From assembly GCA_028694995.1 (NCBI GenBank), contig JAQVJU010000002.1, positions 2,046 through 66,045 on the forward strand: a stretch of DNA of 64,000 nt. The letters are read 5' to 3'. This document shows positions 26,452-37,812 of this stretch, piece by piece. The notes beneath the pieces were generated by a model that was not told where the DNA came from, did not search any database, and worked only from the letters and a program-made list of their open reading frames with translations. The DNA comes from Minisyncoccota bacterium. Its GTDB lineage: Bacteria; Patescibacteriota; Minisyncoccia; UBA6257. A program made the translations under genes and the position numbers. Each line of letters begins with the position of its first letter. Positions within the stretch are counted from its first letter, which is position 1.

Positions 26452-28317
26452 ATGCTTTCTCCAGTAGAAGAAATAAAAAACAAATTAGATATTGTAGAAG
26501 TTATTGGTCAGTATCTGAAATTGGAAAAAACAGGAGCTAATTACAGAGCTCTTTGTCCTTTTCATAAGGAAAAAACTCCTTCTTTTTTTGTTTCTCCATC
26601 TCGTCAGATTTGGCATTGTTTTGGTTGTAATGCTGGTGGTGATATTTTTACCTTTGTAATGAGAATAGAGAATATTGAATTCAAGGAAACCTTAGAGATG
26701 TTAGCTAAGAAAGCTGGAGTAAGATTAAGACATGAAAGTCCTCAGGCTCGTTCTCATAAACAAAGATTAATTGATATAAATAAACAAGCAGTTGTTTTTT
26801 TTGAAAACAATCTCTGGCAGAACAAAGAGGTGATTGATTATCTTCATCAGCGAGGATTAAAAGATGAAACAATAAAAGAATTTCATCTTGGTTGGGCTTT
26901 GGATGATTGGAGAGGCTTGAGTGGTTTTTTAATAAAAAAAGGGTTTCAACCAGAAGAAATAGTAGCCAGTGGTTTGGCAATATCTAAAAAGGATCCTACT
27001 AATATTAATCAAAATACTGGGCATAAAATACAAAGCGCAGATATTTATGATCGTTTTCGTTCGCGGGTTATGTTTCCCATAGACAATTCAGTGCAACAAA
27101 CAGTTGGTTTTACTGGAAGAATCTTTCAAGGGAAAAATCCTTTGAAAACCATTAAAGATATTGAGGCAATTGGAAGATATGTTAATAGCCCTCAGACTTT
27201 GATTTTTGACAAAGGGATGATTCTTTATGGGCTTTCTAAGAGTAAACCTCATTTGTATTCTCAAGAAGAAACTTTATTAGTTGAAGGGCAAATGGATTTT
27301 TTGGCTGTTTGGCAATCAGGCATTAAGAATGTAGTGGCTGGTTCAGGCACGGCCTTGACCCCTAATCAATTAAAGATTTTGAAAAGATACAATAATACCT
27401 TGATTTTAGGATTTGATATGGATGAGGCAGGGGAATTGGCTGCAGAAAGAACAATTGAATTGGCTTTAGATAAGGAGTTTAATATTAAGATTCTTCGTCT
27501 TATTGAGGGTAAGGATTTAGCTGATTTTATTGATACGAAAGAAAAAGACAAAACAGAAAAAGGAATAACAATAAAGGAATTGATAAAAAAAGCTAAGCCA
27601 ATAATGGATTTTTACTTTGAAAGAGCTCAAAAATTAGGAGATAAAGATAATATTCAAGGTAAAAAAGCCATTGCTTCATATTTTTTGCCAAAAATTCAGA
27701 AATTAAACAATGTGATAGAAAAGTCTTTTTGGTTGAATAAGCTTTCTCGGTTTTTAAATATCCCAGAACAGGCTTTAAGAGAAGAATTAGAAAAATTATC
27801 AAAAAACAAAGCAACAATAAATAGGGGTGTAATTGATGAAAATGAATCTTTGTATGAATTTCCCATTACTGAATCTTTGTTACGAATAGAGATTATTGCT
27901 GAGAGAATCATTTCTTTTTTAATTAAAAGTCCTCAGTTGAAAAAAAACGCTTTGGATTATGAAGAATATTTTCCTCATAATTTTAAGGAAATTTTCAAGG
28001 TAATTAAAAACATTTCCTCAGCTGAAGAAATAGATAGGCATAACTTAATAAAACTTAATTTAGGTGAAGAGATAAAAGAAAAAATCAATCAATTAGGCTT
28101 GCGCGCTGATTATGAAACTGAATTATTAGAAAGATTTAATGTTTCTTTAAAAGATGAATTAGAAAAAGAATTAAAAGAATTAAAAAAAGAATCAATTAAA
28201 CGACAAATGAGTGAAATTGAATCAGAAATCAGAAATGCAGAAAAAGATAATGATAAAAAATTACTTGAAGGATTAATGAAAAAATTCAATCAATTATCTA
28301 AACAATTATTAAATTAA
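26452..28317 (+). CDS. dnaG: DNA primase
   Basis: [39 protein letters not shown]. Confidence 0.95.
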   Translation: MLSPVEEIKNKLDIVEVIGQYLKLEKTGANYRALCPFHKEKTPSFFVSPSRQIWHCFGCNAGGDIFTFVMRIENIEFKETLEMLAKKAGVRLRHESPQARSHKQRLIDINKQAVVFFENNLWQNKEVIDYLHQRGLKDETIKEFHLGWALDDWRGLSGFLIKKGFQPEEIVASGLAISKKDPTNINQNTGHKIQSADIYDRFRSRVMFPIDNSVQQTVGFTGRIFQGKNPLKTIKDIEAIGRYVNSPQTLIFDKGMILYGLSKSKPHLYSQEETLLVEGQMDFLAVWQSGIKNVVAGSGTALTPNQLKILKRYNNTLILGFDMDEAGELAAERTIELALDKEFNIKILRLIEGKDLADFIDTKEKDKTEKGITIKELIKKAKPIMDFYFERAQKLGDKDNIQGKKAIASYFLPKIQKLNNVIEKSFWLNKLSRFLNIPEQALREELEKLSKNKATINRGVIDENESLYEFPITESLLRIEIIAERIISFLIKSPQLKKNALDYEEYFPHNFKEIFKVIKNISSAEEIDRHNLIKLNLGEEIKEKINQLGLRADYETELLERFNVSLKDELEKELKELKKESIKRQMSEIESEIRNAEKDNDKKLLEGLMKKFNQLSKQLLN

Positions 28318-28318
28318 T

Positions 28319-29677
28319 ATGCAAAAAAAGAAACAAAATTTATCAAAATCTGTTAAAAAAACTAAAAAGACAACCAAGTCATTAAAAAGAAAAAAGATAG
28401 TAAAGAAAGCTCCTAAGAAAGCAAAGACTTTAAAAAAGAAGCCAGTAGTGAGAAAAAAAACAGTGGTAAAAAAGAAACCAATAGTGAAGAAGAAAATAAC
28501 AAAAAAGAAGCCTGCAGTAAGAAGGAAGCCTGTAGTGAAAAAGAAAAAAGTTGTAAAGAAAAAACAAGTATTAACAGGAACAAAAACACAAAAGAAAAAA
28601 GGAAAAGTAGATAAAGTAAAAGAACTAGTAGAAAGAGGAAAAACAAGACGATTTGTAACTCAAGATGAGATTTTAAAATTCTTTCCACGAATAGAAGAAG
28701 ATTTAGATTTTCTAGAACAGCTTTATGATGCCTTAGCAGAGGCAAATATTGAGGTAATAGAAAGTGGAGATTTATTAATACCTGATGCTGAGATAACTGA
28801 AAAAGAATTAAATGAAGCGGTTAAAGTTTCGCCAACTGATACAGTGTCTAGTAATGTGCAGTCATATTTAAGAGAAATAGGTAAAGTGCCATTACTTACT
28901 GTAGAAGAAGAAAGAAGTTTGGCTAAAAAAGTAGAAGAAGGTGATGAGCAGGCTAGAAAGAAAATGATTGAGGCTAATTTACGTTTGGTTGTTTCTATTG
29001 CTAAACGCTATATCGGCAGAAGCAGTAATTTGAATTTATTAGATTTAATTCAAGAAGGGAATATTGGTTTGTCAAAAGCAGTTAATAAATTTGATTACAA
29101 AAAAGGGTTTAAGTTTTCTACTTATGCCACTTGGTGGATTAGACAGGCGATTACCAGGGCTTTGGCTGATCAGGGGAGAACTATAAGAATTCCAGTGCAT
29201 ATGGTAGAAACAATTACCAAATATTTGAAAACCAGAAGGTTATTAGCTCAAACCTTAGGTCGGGATCCTTTACCAGAAGAAATTGCTCAAGAAATGGGAA
29301 AAGATGTAGAAGAGATTCTTTACTTAATGCAAATTTCTCAAAGAACCTCATCTTTGAATCAACCTTTAGGCGATGAAGAAAGTGGTAGTGAATTAGCTGA
29401 TTTCATATCAGATACAAAAACAATCACCCCAGATAATTATGCAACCAGAGAACTTCTTAAAAGTGAATTAAGAAAGATTATGGAAGAATTGTCAGAAAGG
29501 GAAAGAGAGATTATTAGGATGAGATTTGGTTTGGATGATGGGATGACTCATACTTTAGAAGAGGTGGGTAAGGCTTTTGGGGTTACCAGAGAAAGAATCA
29601 GGCAGATAGAAGCTAAGACGTTGGAAAAATTAAAAGACCATGCTGAAGCTAAAAGGTTAAAGGAATTTTTAAAATAG
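28319..29677 (+). CDS. rpoD: Primary sigma factor with Lys-rich N-terminal extension
   Basis: [41 protein letters not shown]. Confidence 0.95.
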   Translation: MQKKKQNLSKSVKKTKKTTKSLKRKKIVKKAPKKAKTLKKKPVVRKKTVVKKKPIVKKKITKKKPAVRRKPVVKKKKVVKKKQVLTGTKTQKKKGKVDKVKELVERGKTRRFVTQDEILKFFPRIEEDLDFLEQLYDALAEANIEVIESGDLLIPDAEITEKELNEAVKVSPTDTVSSNVQSYLREIGKVPLLTVEEERSLAKKVEEGDEQARKKMIEANLRLVVSIAKRYIGRSSNLNLLDLIQEGNIGLSKAVNKFDYKKGFKFSTYATWWIRQAITRALADQGRTIRIPVHMVETITKYLKTRRLLAQTLGRDPLPEEIAQEMGKDVEEILYLMQISQRTSSLNQPLGDEESGSELADFISDTKTITPDNYATRELLKSELRKIMEELSEREREIIRMRFGLDDGMTHTLEEVGKAFGVTRERIRQIEAKTLEKLKDHAEAKRLKEFLK

Positions 29678-29693
29678 CCGCTTTAAGTTAGAT

Positions 29694-30965
29694 ATGGGTT
29701 TTTTGGAAAAAATTAAAAGAAATTCTTTTTTACGCAAATCTATCGCTTTTTTAGCGCATTTAGTTTTTGGTTTTCCTGCGCGTAGTTTGATTATTATTGG
29801 CGTCACTGGAACCACAGGAAAAACCACCACTTGTTTTATGATTAAAAGTATTTTAGAAAACAATGGAATTAAAACTGGATTAATTAGCACAGCAGGGTTT
29901 GATGTTGGTCCAGAAACAATTTATCCTAAAGCGCAAACTCCGGCCACAACACCTGATCCATTTATGCTTTGTTCTTTACTGAGAAAAATGAAGAAAAATG
30001 GTGTAAAGGCAGTGGTGATTGAAACTTCTTCATTTGGTTTAATGTATGAGCGGGTTTTTGGTCTTAAGTTTTCTGTTGCCGTTTTAACTAATATTTCTTT
30101 TAATCATCATTTGGCTATTCATGGGGGCATGGAAGAATATGTTTTTGCAAAATTAAAATTGTTTCAAGGCTTGGATAAAAAAGCAATTGCTGTTTTACCA
30201 AAAGATAGTGAATATTTTGATTTGTTTTCTAAGAATACAAAAGCAAAAGTTATTAGTTTTGGTTCTGAGCAATCAAGTGATCTTTGGTTTGAAATTAAAG
30301 AATCAACTAAAGATAAGAACAGGGCGATAATTCATTTTAAAAATGATTCTTTTTTAATTGATTTGCCTTTGCCTGGAGTTTTTAATCTTTTTAATTGTTT
30401 GGCAGCAATTGGCGCCGGACAGTTTTTTTCTTTAAGTTTTGAACAGATAAAAAAAGGATTAGAGAGTTTAACCTATATCCCAGGAAGATTAGAGGAAATA
30501 AAAGCTAACCAACCTTTTACTATTATTGTAGATAAGGCAAATACTCCAGCGGCTTTTTGTGGTATAATAGATTTTATTAAAACCTTAAATCCTGAAAAGA
30601 AGATAGTGGTTTATGGTAATTTTGGTGAAACGCCAAGAGAAGAAAGAGATCAGCTAGCTGAAATTGCAACTGGTTTTTTTGATTTAACCATTATTACTGA
30701 AGATGATCCTCAAGAATTATCTCCTCAGCCAAGCATTGATGATTTTTTGGATTTTGTTAAAAAGAAAAATGTTAATAAAGAAAAGTATTTGGCAATTTCT
30801 AATAGAAAAGAAGCTATACGTAAGGCAATCAATTTAAGTAAAAAAGGGGACTTGATTGCTATCTTAGGCAGAGGCAATGAAAAATTCATGGATTATGGAG
30901 AAAAGACAATTGTTTTTGATGATAGGGAAGTAACCCGAGAGGTTTTAAAAGAACAAGGGTATTAA
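29694..30965 (+). CDS. murE: Mur ligase, MurE-like (divergent motifs)
   Basis: GVTGTTGKTTT, TTPD, ETSS, PGRLE, GRGNE..FDDRE. Confidence 0.75.
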   Translation: MGFLEKIKRNSFLRKSIAFLAHLVFGFPARSLIIIGVTGTTGKTTTCFMIKSILENNGIKTGLISTAGFDVGPETIYPKAQTPATTPDPFMLCSLLRKMKKNGVKAVVIETSSFGLMYERVFGLKFSVAVLTNISFNHHLAIHGGMEEYVFAKLKLFQGLDKKAIAVLPKDSEYFDLFSKNTKAKVISFGSEQSSDLWFEIKESTKDKNRAIIHFKNDSFLIDLPLPGVFNLFNCLAAIGAGQFFSLSFEQIKKGLESLTYIPGRLEEIKANQPFTIIVDKANTPAAFCGIIDFIKTLNPEKKIVVYGNFGETPREERDQLAEIATGFFDLTIITEDDPQELSPQPSIDDFLDFVKKKNVNKEKYLAISNRKEAIRKAINLSKKGDLIAILGRGNEKFMDYGEKTIVFDDREVTREVLKEQGY

Positions 30966-30974
30966 TTTTAAAAA

Positions 30975-32900
30975 ATGTTTTCTTCTGAACAATTAAGGGA
31001 AAAATATTTTGAATTTTTTAAACAAAGAGGACATCAGATTATTCCTTCTGCTTCTTTAATTCCAGAAGATGATACAACAACTTTATTTATTGGTTCGGGC
31101 ATGCAACCTTTAGTGCCTTATTTGATGGGTAAACCCCATAATTTGGGGAAAAGGTTGGTTAATGTACAAAAATCTTTTCGGGCTGAAGATATAGAAGAAG
31201 TGGGTGATAGCCGGCATACTACTTTTTTTGAAATGATGGGCAATTGGTCTTTAGGTGATTATTTTAAAAAAGAACAACTTAATTGGGTTTTTGAGTTTTT
31301 AACAAAAGAATTGAAGATAGATCCTCAAAGATTATATGTTTCGGTTTTTCGAGGTAATAAAGATATTGGCGTTGATAGAGATTTAGAATCAGCAGTTATT
31401 TGGAAAGATATTTTTAAAAAAAATAACCTTTCATTTAAAGATGTTGATTTTGCTGAAGAAAAAGGCATGCAAGATGGTAGGATTTTCTATTATGATGAAT
31501 TTAAAAATTGGTGGTCACGCTCAGGCATCCCAGCTAAAATGCCAAAAGGAGAGATAGGCGGGCCAGATAGTGAGATTTTTTATGATTTGGGAGCAGAGCT
31601 TAAAAGACATGAAAATTCTAAATACAAAAATCAACCTTGTCATATTAATTGTGATTGCGGACGTTTTGTGGAAATTGGCAATAGTGTATTTATAGAATAC
31701 ATTCGGACAGATAAAGGTTTTGAGCCATTGCCTCAAAAGAATGTTGATTTTGGTGGTGGTTTGGAGCGGATAGCTATGGTGGTGCAAAACAAGGAGAATA
31801 TTTTTAAATCAGATTTATTTATAGATATTATTGAAAAAATACAAGAATTGTCTAATCTTCAATATACAGATAATCAATCAGCTTTTGAAGTGATTGCTGA
31901 TCATCTTCGAGCAGCTACTTTTATCATGGGTGATGATAAAGGAGTGGTGCCAGCTAATATTGAACAGGGATATATTGTCCGTCGTTTGATTAGAAGGGCT
32001 ATTCGTTATGGCAGACAATTAAATATTCAAAAACCATTATGGATTCAAGACATATCTCAAGTAATAATTAACAAATACAAAACAATTTATCCAGAATTAA
32101 TTAATAACTTTGATGTGATTATGGATAATTTAGCTCAGGAAGAAATGAAATTTAGTAAAACATTGGAAAAAGGATTAAAAGAGTTTGAAAAATTATTTGA
32201 CACTTATCAAAAAGATTTTAAAGAATTTATCATTGATGAAAACACTTTATTTGATTTGTATCAAACTTATGGTTTTCCTTTTGAATTAAGCATTGAAGAG
32301 ATTAATAAAAAAAGAATTCAAGTTGGGGGCATAGCCATTTCTAAACAGATAGAAGATAATTTATTGAGTTTGTTTAGGGAAAAGATAAAAAAGCATCAAG
32401 AGCTTTCTAGAACAGCAGCTGCTGGTAAATTCAAAGGTGGCCTAGCTGATAAATCTGAACAAACAAAAAAACTACATACAGCTTGCCATCTTCTTTTAGC
32501 TGCTCTAAGAAAAGTTTTAGGAGAACATGTGGAACAAAAAGGCTCTAATATTACTGCTGAACGGTTGCGTTTTGATTTTTCTCATTCTGAAAAAATGAAT
32601 AAGGAACAAATTAAAAAAACAGAAGAAATAGTTAACAAAGCAATTAAGGATAATTTACCTATTTTTTTTAAAGAAATGACATTAACAAAAGCAAAACAAC
32701 AAGGAGCCATTGGAGTTTTTGATTCAAGATATGGTGAAAAGGTAAAAGTCTATATGATTGGTAAAGATGATAATCTATTTTCTAAAGAAATTTGCGGTGG
32801 GCCGCACATGACCAATACAGGTGATCTGGGACATTTTAAAATTATAAAAGAAGAATCTTCTAGCTCAGGCATAAGAAGAATAAAAGCCATTTTGAATTGA
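30975..32900 (+). CDS. alaS: Alanine--tRNA ligase (short form without C-Ala domain)
   Basis: RHTTFFEMMGNWS, DFGGGLER, DHLR, HTACH, EICGGPH. Confidence 0.93.
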   Translation: MFSSEQLREKYFEFFKQRGHQIIPSASLIPEDDTTTLFIGSGMQPLVPYLMGKPHNLGKRLVNVQKSFRAEDIEEVGDSRHTTFFEMMGNWSLGDYFKKEQLNWVFEFLTKELKIDPQRLYVSVFRGNKDIGVDRDLESAVIWKDIFKKNNLSFKDVDFAEEKGMQDGRIFYYDEFKNWWSRSGIPAKMPKGEIGGPDSEIFYDLGAELKRHENSKYKNQPCHINCDCGRFVEIGNSVFIEYIRTDKGFEPLPQKNVDFGGGLERIAMVVQNKENIFKSDLFIDIIEKIQELSNLQYTDNQSAFEVIADHLRAATFIMGDDKGVVPANIEQGYIVRRLIRRAIRYGRQLNIQKPLWIQDISQVIINKYKTIYPELINNFDVIMDNLAQEEMKFSKTLEKGLKEFEKLFDTYQKDFKEFIIDENTLFDLYQTYGFPFELSIEEINKKRIQVGGIAISKQIEDNLLSLFREKIKKHQELSRTAAAGKFKGGLADKSEQTKKLHTACHLLLAALRKVLGEHVEQKGSNITAERLRFDFSHSEKMNKEQIKKTEEIVNKAIKDNLPIFFKEMTLTKAKQQGAIGVFDSRYGEKVKVYMIGKDDNLFSKEICGGPHMTNTGDLGHFKIIKEESSSSGIRRIKAILN

Positions 32901-32949
32901 TATTGAGTTAAATAAAATAAATTGTTATACTAAAAAACAAAGAAATAAA

Positions 32950-34482
32950 ATGAATAACAAGCAAAATCAGTTTCCTAAAGGTGAAGATTTTTCTTCTAGG
33001 GATGGAAACGAAACCATAAAATCCAATAGAAAAAGAAAAGTCAAAGATATATTTGCGCCTCATGAATTAAAGTCAGGCGATTTTGTTGAAATTGCAGAAG
33101 CGCCAATAGAAATTCAAGAAGAGCCTGAGATAAATATTGAAATGGAAGAACAGTCAATAAGAATTGTGCATACAGAAACCGTGCCCCAAGTAAGAGAAGA
33201 TGTTCATAAAAGCTTGGAAAATTTCTTTAGGGAAACAGAAGAAGAATTACCTGAGTTAAGAACAGAAACTATTAGTAAACCTCCCTTAAAAGCAAAGAAA
33301 AGAGATTTTAAGCTTTTTTGGTTTATTGGCATTCCTGTGGTTTTATTGGCTTTTTATTATTTCGGATTTATTGTTTTAGCTCGCGCAGAAATAGGGATTG
33401 AAACATATAAAAAAGAAATTCCTTTTTCAAAAGAAATTGTGGTTGATGATAATGTTTCTTCAATAGATGTTGCTAAGGCAGTAATTCCTGGCAACTTGTT
33501 TGTTTTTAATTCAACAGAAAGACAAGAATTTGAGAGTACTGGTCAAGGTAAGGATGAGATAAAGGCTAAAGGAATTATTACTATTTATAATAATTATTCT
33601 ACAGATCCTCAGATTTTAGTGGCCACCACTCGTTTTGAAACCCCAGATCATAAAATATTTCGTTTGGATTCTCGAGTGGTTATTCCTGGAGCCACAACTG
33701 AAAATGGTAAATTAGTTCCTTCAACAATAGACGTTAAGGTTACGGCTGATAAGGCAGGACCAGATTATAATATTGAGGCTTGTAAAATGCCTGATTGTAA
33801 ATATACTATTCCTGGTTTTGAAGGTATGCCAGAGTTTGATGGTTTTTATGGGGTTTCTAATAATCCAATGACAGGAGGAAGTTTAGGTTCAGTGCCCATG
33901 GTTTCTTCTGAAGACATTAAGAAAGCTGAAGAAGAGATATTAACAAAAATAATGGAAACCATTAATGTGGATATTGAGAATAAGATAACCAATGAATATG
34001 ATAATTTAGTGATTTTACCAGGAGCTAAAAGTGGGGTTAAGGTTAGTAAAATAGAAAGTGACGCTAAGATAGGGGATTATAAAGATAAATTTACTGTTAA
34101 TGCAGAAGTGGAAATTAAAGTTATTGCTTATGATAAAAATCATCTCTTGAATTATATCCAAAGTGTTTTAAAAGAATCTAAAGAAAAGGATTATGATTTT
34201 TGTAAAGATTTAGAAATAGAATATTCTGATTTGGAAGCTGATTTTGATAAAGGTTTTCTTCAATTAACTGTTAAAACCAGTCAAACTTTATGTCAGAAAT
34301 TAGATGCAGAAGCTATTAAGAAAGATATATTAGGTAAAAATGAAAAAGAATTAGATGCGGTTTTTAAAGCTAATCCTGGCATTGAAGAAGTGAAAATAAA
34401 GTTCTGGCCGTTTTGGATAAAAAGAACCCCTAAGTCCTTGCAAAAAGTAAAGATTTTAATAGATGGCAATGTTATTGAATAA
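32950..34482 (+). CDS. Hypothetical bitopic membrane protein (baseplate-J-like beta domain)
   Basis: Single TM; KAKGIITIYN, LVATTRF, V.ADKAGPDYN, GG motifs. Confidence 0.6.
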   Translation: MNNKQNQFPKGEDFSSRDGNETIKSNRKRKVKDIFAPHELKSGDFVEIAEAPIEIQEEPEINIEMEEQSIRIVHTETVPQVREDVHKSLENFFRETEEELPELRTETISKPPLKAKKRDFKLFWFIGIPVVLLAFYYFGFIVLARAEIGIETYKKEIPFSKEIVVDDNVSSIDVAKAVIPGNLFVFNSTERQEFESTGQGKDEIKAKGIITIYNNYSTDPQILVATTRFETPDHKIFRLDSRVVIPGATTENGKLVPSTIDVKVTADKAGPDYNIEACKMPDCKYTIPGFEGMPEFDGFYGVSNNPMTGGSLGSVPMVSSEDIKKAEEEILTKIMETINVDIENKITNEYDNLVILPGAKSGVKVSKIESDAKIGDYKDKFTVNAEVEIKVIAYDKNHLLNYIQSVLKESKEKDYDFCKDLEIEYSDLEADFDKGFLQLTVKTSQTLCQKLDAEAIKKDILGKNEKELDAVFKANPGIEEVKIKFWPFWIKRTPKSLQKVKILIDGNVIE

Positions 34483-34541
34483 AAAAGACAGTCAATCAGG
34501 GTTGACTAAAAGATGCAATTTTGATAAACTGATAACACTTT

Positions 34542-34763
34542 ATGACTGAGAAAAAAGCAATGATTCGTAAAGAAGGAGTAGTTATTGAATCTTTACGAAA
34601 TGCAATGTTTCGTGTTCGTTTGAACGAAGGAGGAGAGGAAATATTAGCTCATTTAGCTGGAAAACTTCGCCTGAATTATATAAAAGTCCTCCTGGGCGAT
34701 AAGGTAGTAGTTGAAGTTTCGCCTTATGATTCTAAGCGAGGCCGTATTGTTTATCGACTATAA
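34542..34763 (+). CDS. infA: Translation initiation factor IF-1
   Basis: [31 protein letters not shown]. Confidence 0.95.
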   Translation: MTEKKAMIRKEGVVIESLRNAMFRVRLNEGGEEILAHLAGKLRLNYIKVLLGDKVVVEVSPYDSKRGRIVYRL

Positions 34764-34806
34764 AAGGCTTTGTTTTAATTCAAAGCCTTGCTTATTTTGT
34801 AAAATT

Positions 34807-34920
34807 ATGAAAGTTAGGTCATCAGTAAAAAAAATTTGTAGGAATTGCAAGATAGTTAGGCGCAAGGGTCGCCTTTATGTTATTTGTCGCAATCCTAAAC
34901 ATAAACAAAGACAAGGATAA
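34807..34920 (+). CDS. rpmJ: 50S ribosomal protein L36
   Basis: [24 protein letters not shown]. Confidence 0.95.
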   Translation: MKVRSSVKKICRNCKIVRRKGRLYVICRNPKHKQRQG

Positions 34921-34929
34921 AATAAAAAT

Positions 34930-35322
34930 ATGGTTCGTTTTTTAGGAATAGATATTCCAGACAATAAAAAAATCAATATTGCCTTAACCTATATCTATGG
35001 CATTGGGCAATCTTTGTCAGAAACGCTTTTAAAAGAAGCGAAGATTGATTTTAATAAAAAAGCTAAGGACTTAACTTCAGCAGAGTTTAATGCTTTGAAA
35101 GAGCTTTTAGATAAAAAGCAGATTAAAACTGAAGGGGATTTGAAAAGAGAAATCAGAGCTAATGTAAAAAGATTAATAAATGTTAGTAGTTATCGAGGCT
35201 CAAGACATATAAAGCGCTTACCAGTAAGAGGTCAACGAACAAAAACAAATTCAAGAACTATTAGAGGCAATGTTAGAAAAACTGTAGGTTCTGGTAAGAG
35301 AAAAGCTGCTTCACCAACCTAA
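34930..35322 (+). CDS. rpsM: 30S ribosomal protein S13
   Basis: ALTYIYGIG and LPVRGQRTKTN. Confidence 0.95.
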   Translation: MVRFLGIDIPDNKKINIALTYIYGIGQSLSETLLKEAKIDFNKKAKDLTSAEFNALKELLDKKQIKTEGDLKREIRANVKRLINVSSYRGSRHIKRLPVRGQRTKTNSRTIRGNVRKTVGSGKRKAASPT

Positions 35323-35343
35323 TCCAAATTAATTTATTAAGAT

Positions 35344-35787
35344 ATGGGAAAGAAAAGAGTCATTACTAAAGCAGGAGCAGAGAGCGGCAAGATAGCGGAA
35401 AAAATGGCTGCTGCAAAATCAAAAACCCCAATAAAGAAAATTACAGAAAAGGGGAGAGTTTATATTCTAGCTTCTTATAACAATACATCAATTTTAATTA
35501 CTGATTTAAAAGGTAATGCTTTGGCTTGGTCTTCTGCAGGCTCACTTGGTTTTCGAGGACCTAAAAAAGCCACGCCTTATGCTGCTTCAAGAGTGGTTGG
35601 AGTTTTAATGGAAAAAATTAAGAAAATGGGAATGAAGACAGCAGAAATCTATTTAAAAGGAATTGGCGGAGGCAGAGATATGGCGGTGAGGTCTTTTGCC
35701 AATCAGGGGTTAGATATTACTATGATTAAAGACGTGACCCCAGTGCCTCATAATGGACCCCGACCTAGAAAAGCAAGAAGAGTATAA
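35344..35787 (+). CDS. rpsK: 30S ribosomal protein S11
   Basis: SYNNT, TPYAA, DVTPVPHNG. Confidence 0.95.
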   Translation: MGKKRVITKAGAESGKIAEKMAAAKSKTPIKKITEKGRVYILASYNNTSILITDLKGNALAWSSAGSLGFRGPKKATPYAASRVVGVLMEKIKKMGMKTAEIYLKGIGGGRDMAVRSFANQGLDITMIKDVTPVPHNGPRPRKARRV

Positions 35788-35806
35788 TTTAATTTTTTAT
35801 ATCTTT

Positions 35807-36424
35807 ATGTTAGATGATAAATGTAAACAATGTAGAGCAGTAGGGGAGAAACTTTTTCTCAAAGGAGAAAGATGTTTTACACCTAAATGCGCCTTGGTGA
35901 GAAGGGGCTTTCCTGCTATAGGTCAACAAAAAAGAAGACGTAGAATAACTGCTTATGGCAAGCAATTAATGGAAAAACAAAGAGCAAGGTTAGCTTATGG
36001 GATAGGGGAGCAACAATTTAGACGCTATGTAAAATTGGCTTTTAAAAAGACAACAGCGACTCCAGAAGCCTTAGCTCAATTATTAGAAAACAGATTTGAT
36101 AATATTATTTTCCGTTTAGGCTTGGTGCCTTCAAGAACTATGGCCAGACAATTAGTGTCTCATGGTCATTTTCTTTTAAATGGCAGGAAGCACAATATTG
36201 CTTCAACAATATTAAAAAAAGGAGATGTGGTTTCTATTAGGCCGCAAAGTATGAACAAACAACCTTTTAAAGATGTAAAGGAAACTATTAAAAAATACAA
36301 TCCGCCTAAACATCTTCAATTGGATCAAAGTAAATTAGAAGGCAAGGTAATTGCTGAGCCTGATATTAAAGAATTACAGCTTCCATTTGATTTTACATCA
36401 ATAATAGAGTTTTATAGCAAATAA
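35807..36424 (+). CDS. rpsD: 30S ribosomal protein S4 (Zn-binding type)
   Basis: CKQCR..KGERC..KC, LENRFDN, ARQLVSHGH, IIEFYS; start moved to ATG 35807. Confidence 0.95.
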   Translation: MLDDKCKQCRAVGEKLFLKGERCFTPKCALVRRGFPAIGQQKRRRRITAYGKQLMEKQRARLAYGIGEQQFRRYVKLAFKKTTATPEALAQLLENRFDNIIFRLGLVPSRTMARQLVSHGHFLLNGRKHNIASTILKKGDVVSIRPQSMNKQPFKDVKETIKKYNPPKHLQLDQSKLEGKVIAEPDIKELQLPFDFTSIIEFYSK

Positions 36425-36449
36425 AAAAATTTAAAATATATTTAATAAT

Positions 36450-37388
36450 ATGTTTCAATTACCTTCATCTATCATTGCCAAAGAGAAAAAGGAAAATTAT
36501 GGAAAATTTGTCATTGAAGGATTATATCCTGGTTATGGAACCACTTTGGGCAATGCTTTAAGACGGGTTCTGCTTTCTTCAATTAAAGGAGCCGCGATGA
36601 CTTCTTTTAAGATAAAAGGCGTCCAGCATGAATATTCTGTAATTCCTAATATTTTAGAAAGTGTTTTAGATATCATGCTTAATTTAAAATCTTTAAGAGT
36701 GAGATTGCATGGGCATGAACCCCAGATATTAAAATTGAAAACTGAAGGAGAAAAAACAGTATTGGCTAAGGATTTTGAACCTAATCCAATGGTGGAAATT
36801 ATGAATCCAGATTTAGTTATTGCCAATATCACAGATAAGAAAGGAAAATTAGAATTAGAACTATTAATAGAAGAAGGTTTGGGATATTCTCAAGCCAAAG
36901 AGCGTAAAGAAGAAAAAATACCTATTGGCACCATTGCTGTTGATGCTATTTTCTCACCAGTGGAAAAAGTTAATTTTATAGTAGAAGACATGAGGGTAGG
37001 GGAGAAAACTGACTTTAATCGTTTAATTATTAACATTGAAACTGATGGTTCTGTTTCTCCAGAACAAGCTTTGGGCCAAGCAGCGAATATTCTCAAAGAT
37101 CATTTTAAATTAGTGGCAGAGAAATTTATCATTGAAGAAGTAAAAGAAATTAATAAAGAAGAAAAAGGAGTTTCTAAAAAACAAAAGAAAGAACCAAAGA
37201 ATATTTCAATAGAAGAACTTGATTTAAGTTCTCAGACTAAAAAAGCCTTAATCAATAATGGGATTAAATCATTGGCTGGATTGTTAAGATACCGAGAAGA
37301 GACTTTAATGAATCTAGAAGGCATTAAAGAAAAATCCCTAGAGGAGATAAAAAAAGTCATTAAGGGTTTGGAATATACATTAAAGTAA
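36450..37388 (+). CDS. rpoA: RNA polymerase alpha subunit
   Basis: GYGTTLGNALRRVLLSSI and DAIFSPV. Confidence 0.95.
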   Translation: MFQLPSSIIAKEKKENYGKFVIEGLYPGYGTTLGNALRRVLLSSIKGAAMTSFKIKGVQHEYSVIPNILESVLDIMLNLKSLRVRLHGHEPQILKLKTEGEKTVLAKDFEPNPMVEIMNPDLVIANITDKKGKLELELLIEEGLGYSQAKERKEEKIPIGTIAVDAIFSPVEKVNFIVEDMRVGEKTDFNRLIINIETDGSVSPEQALGQAANILKDHFKLVAEKFIIEEVKEINKEEKGVSKKQKKEPKNISIEELDLSSQTKKALINNGIKSLAGLLRYREETLMNLEGIKEKSLEEIKKVIKGLEYTLK

Positions 37389-37392
37389 GAAG

Positions 37393-37803
37393 ATGAAGCA
37401 TTTAAAAAAAGGAAGAAAATTTCATCGTGAAAGAGATCAAAGAAAAGCGCTTTTAAAAAGTTTGGCGGCTAATTTGATATTGCATGAAAAGATAAAAACC
37501 ACTTTAGAAAAAGCTAAAGAAACTAAAATTACTGTTGAAAAATTAATAACCATAGCTAAAAAACAAGATTTAGCTGCTTTAAGAAATGTTAAAAAAAAGC
37601 TTCCAGAAAAAGCAGCGAATAAGCTTTATTATGAGATAGCTCCTTTATTTGCAAAAAGAAAAGGTGGTTATACAAGAATTATTAAAACATCTGAAAGAAG
37701 AGTTAGGGATGCTGTTCCTTTGGTTATTTTAGAATTTGTAGATAAACCTGTTTTGGAAAAGGCTGAGACAAAGCAAACAGAATTAGAAAAACAACAAAAA
37801 TAA
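37393..37803 (+). CDS. rplQ: 50S ribosomal protein L17
   Basis: IKTTLEKAKE and RKGGYTRIIK. Confidence 0.95.
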   Translation: MKHLKKGRKFHRERDQRKALLKSLAANLILHEKIKTTLEKAKETKITVEKLITIAKKQDLAALRNVKKKLPEKAANKLYYEIAPLFAKRKGGYTRIIKTSERRVRDAVPLVILEFVDKPVLEKAETKQTELEKQQK

Positions 37804-37812
37804 ACCTTAATA

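Noticed and set aside
30975-32900. alaS as a truncated pseudogene
   Set aside because: Catalytic and editing motifs are intact and the ORF ends cleanly after the editing domain.
32950-34482. Prophage, based on the baseplate-J-like protein
   Set aside because: Single membrane-anchored gene among core genes with no other phage genes.
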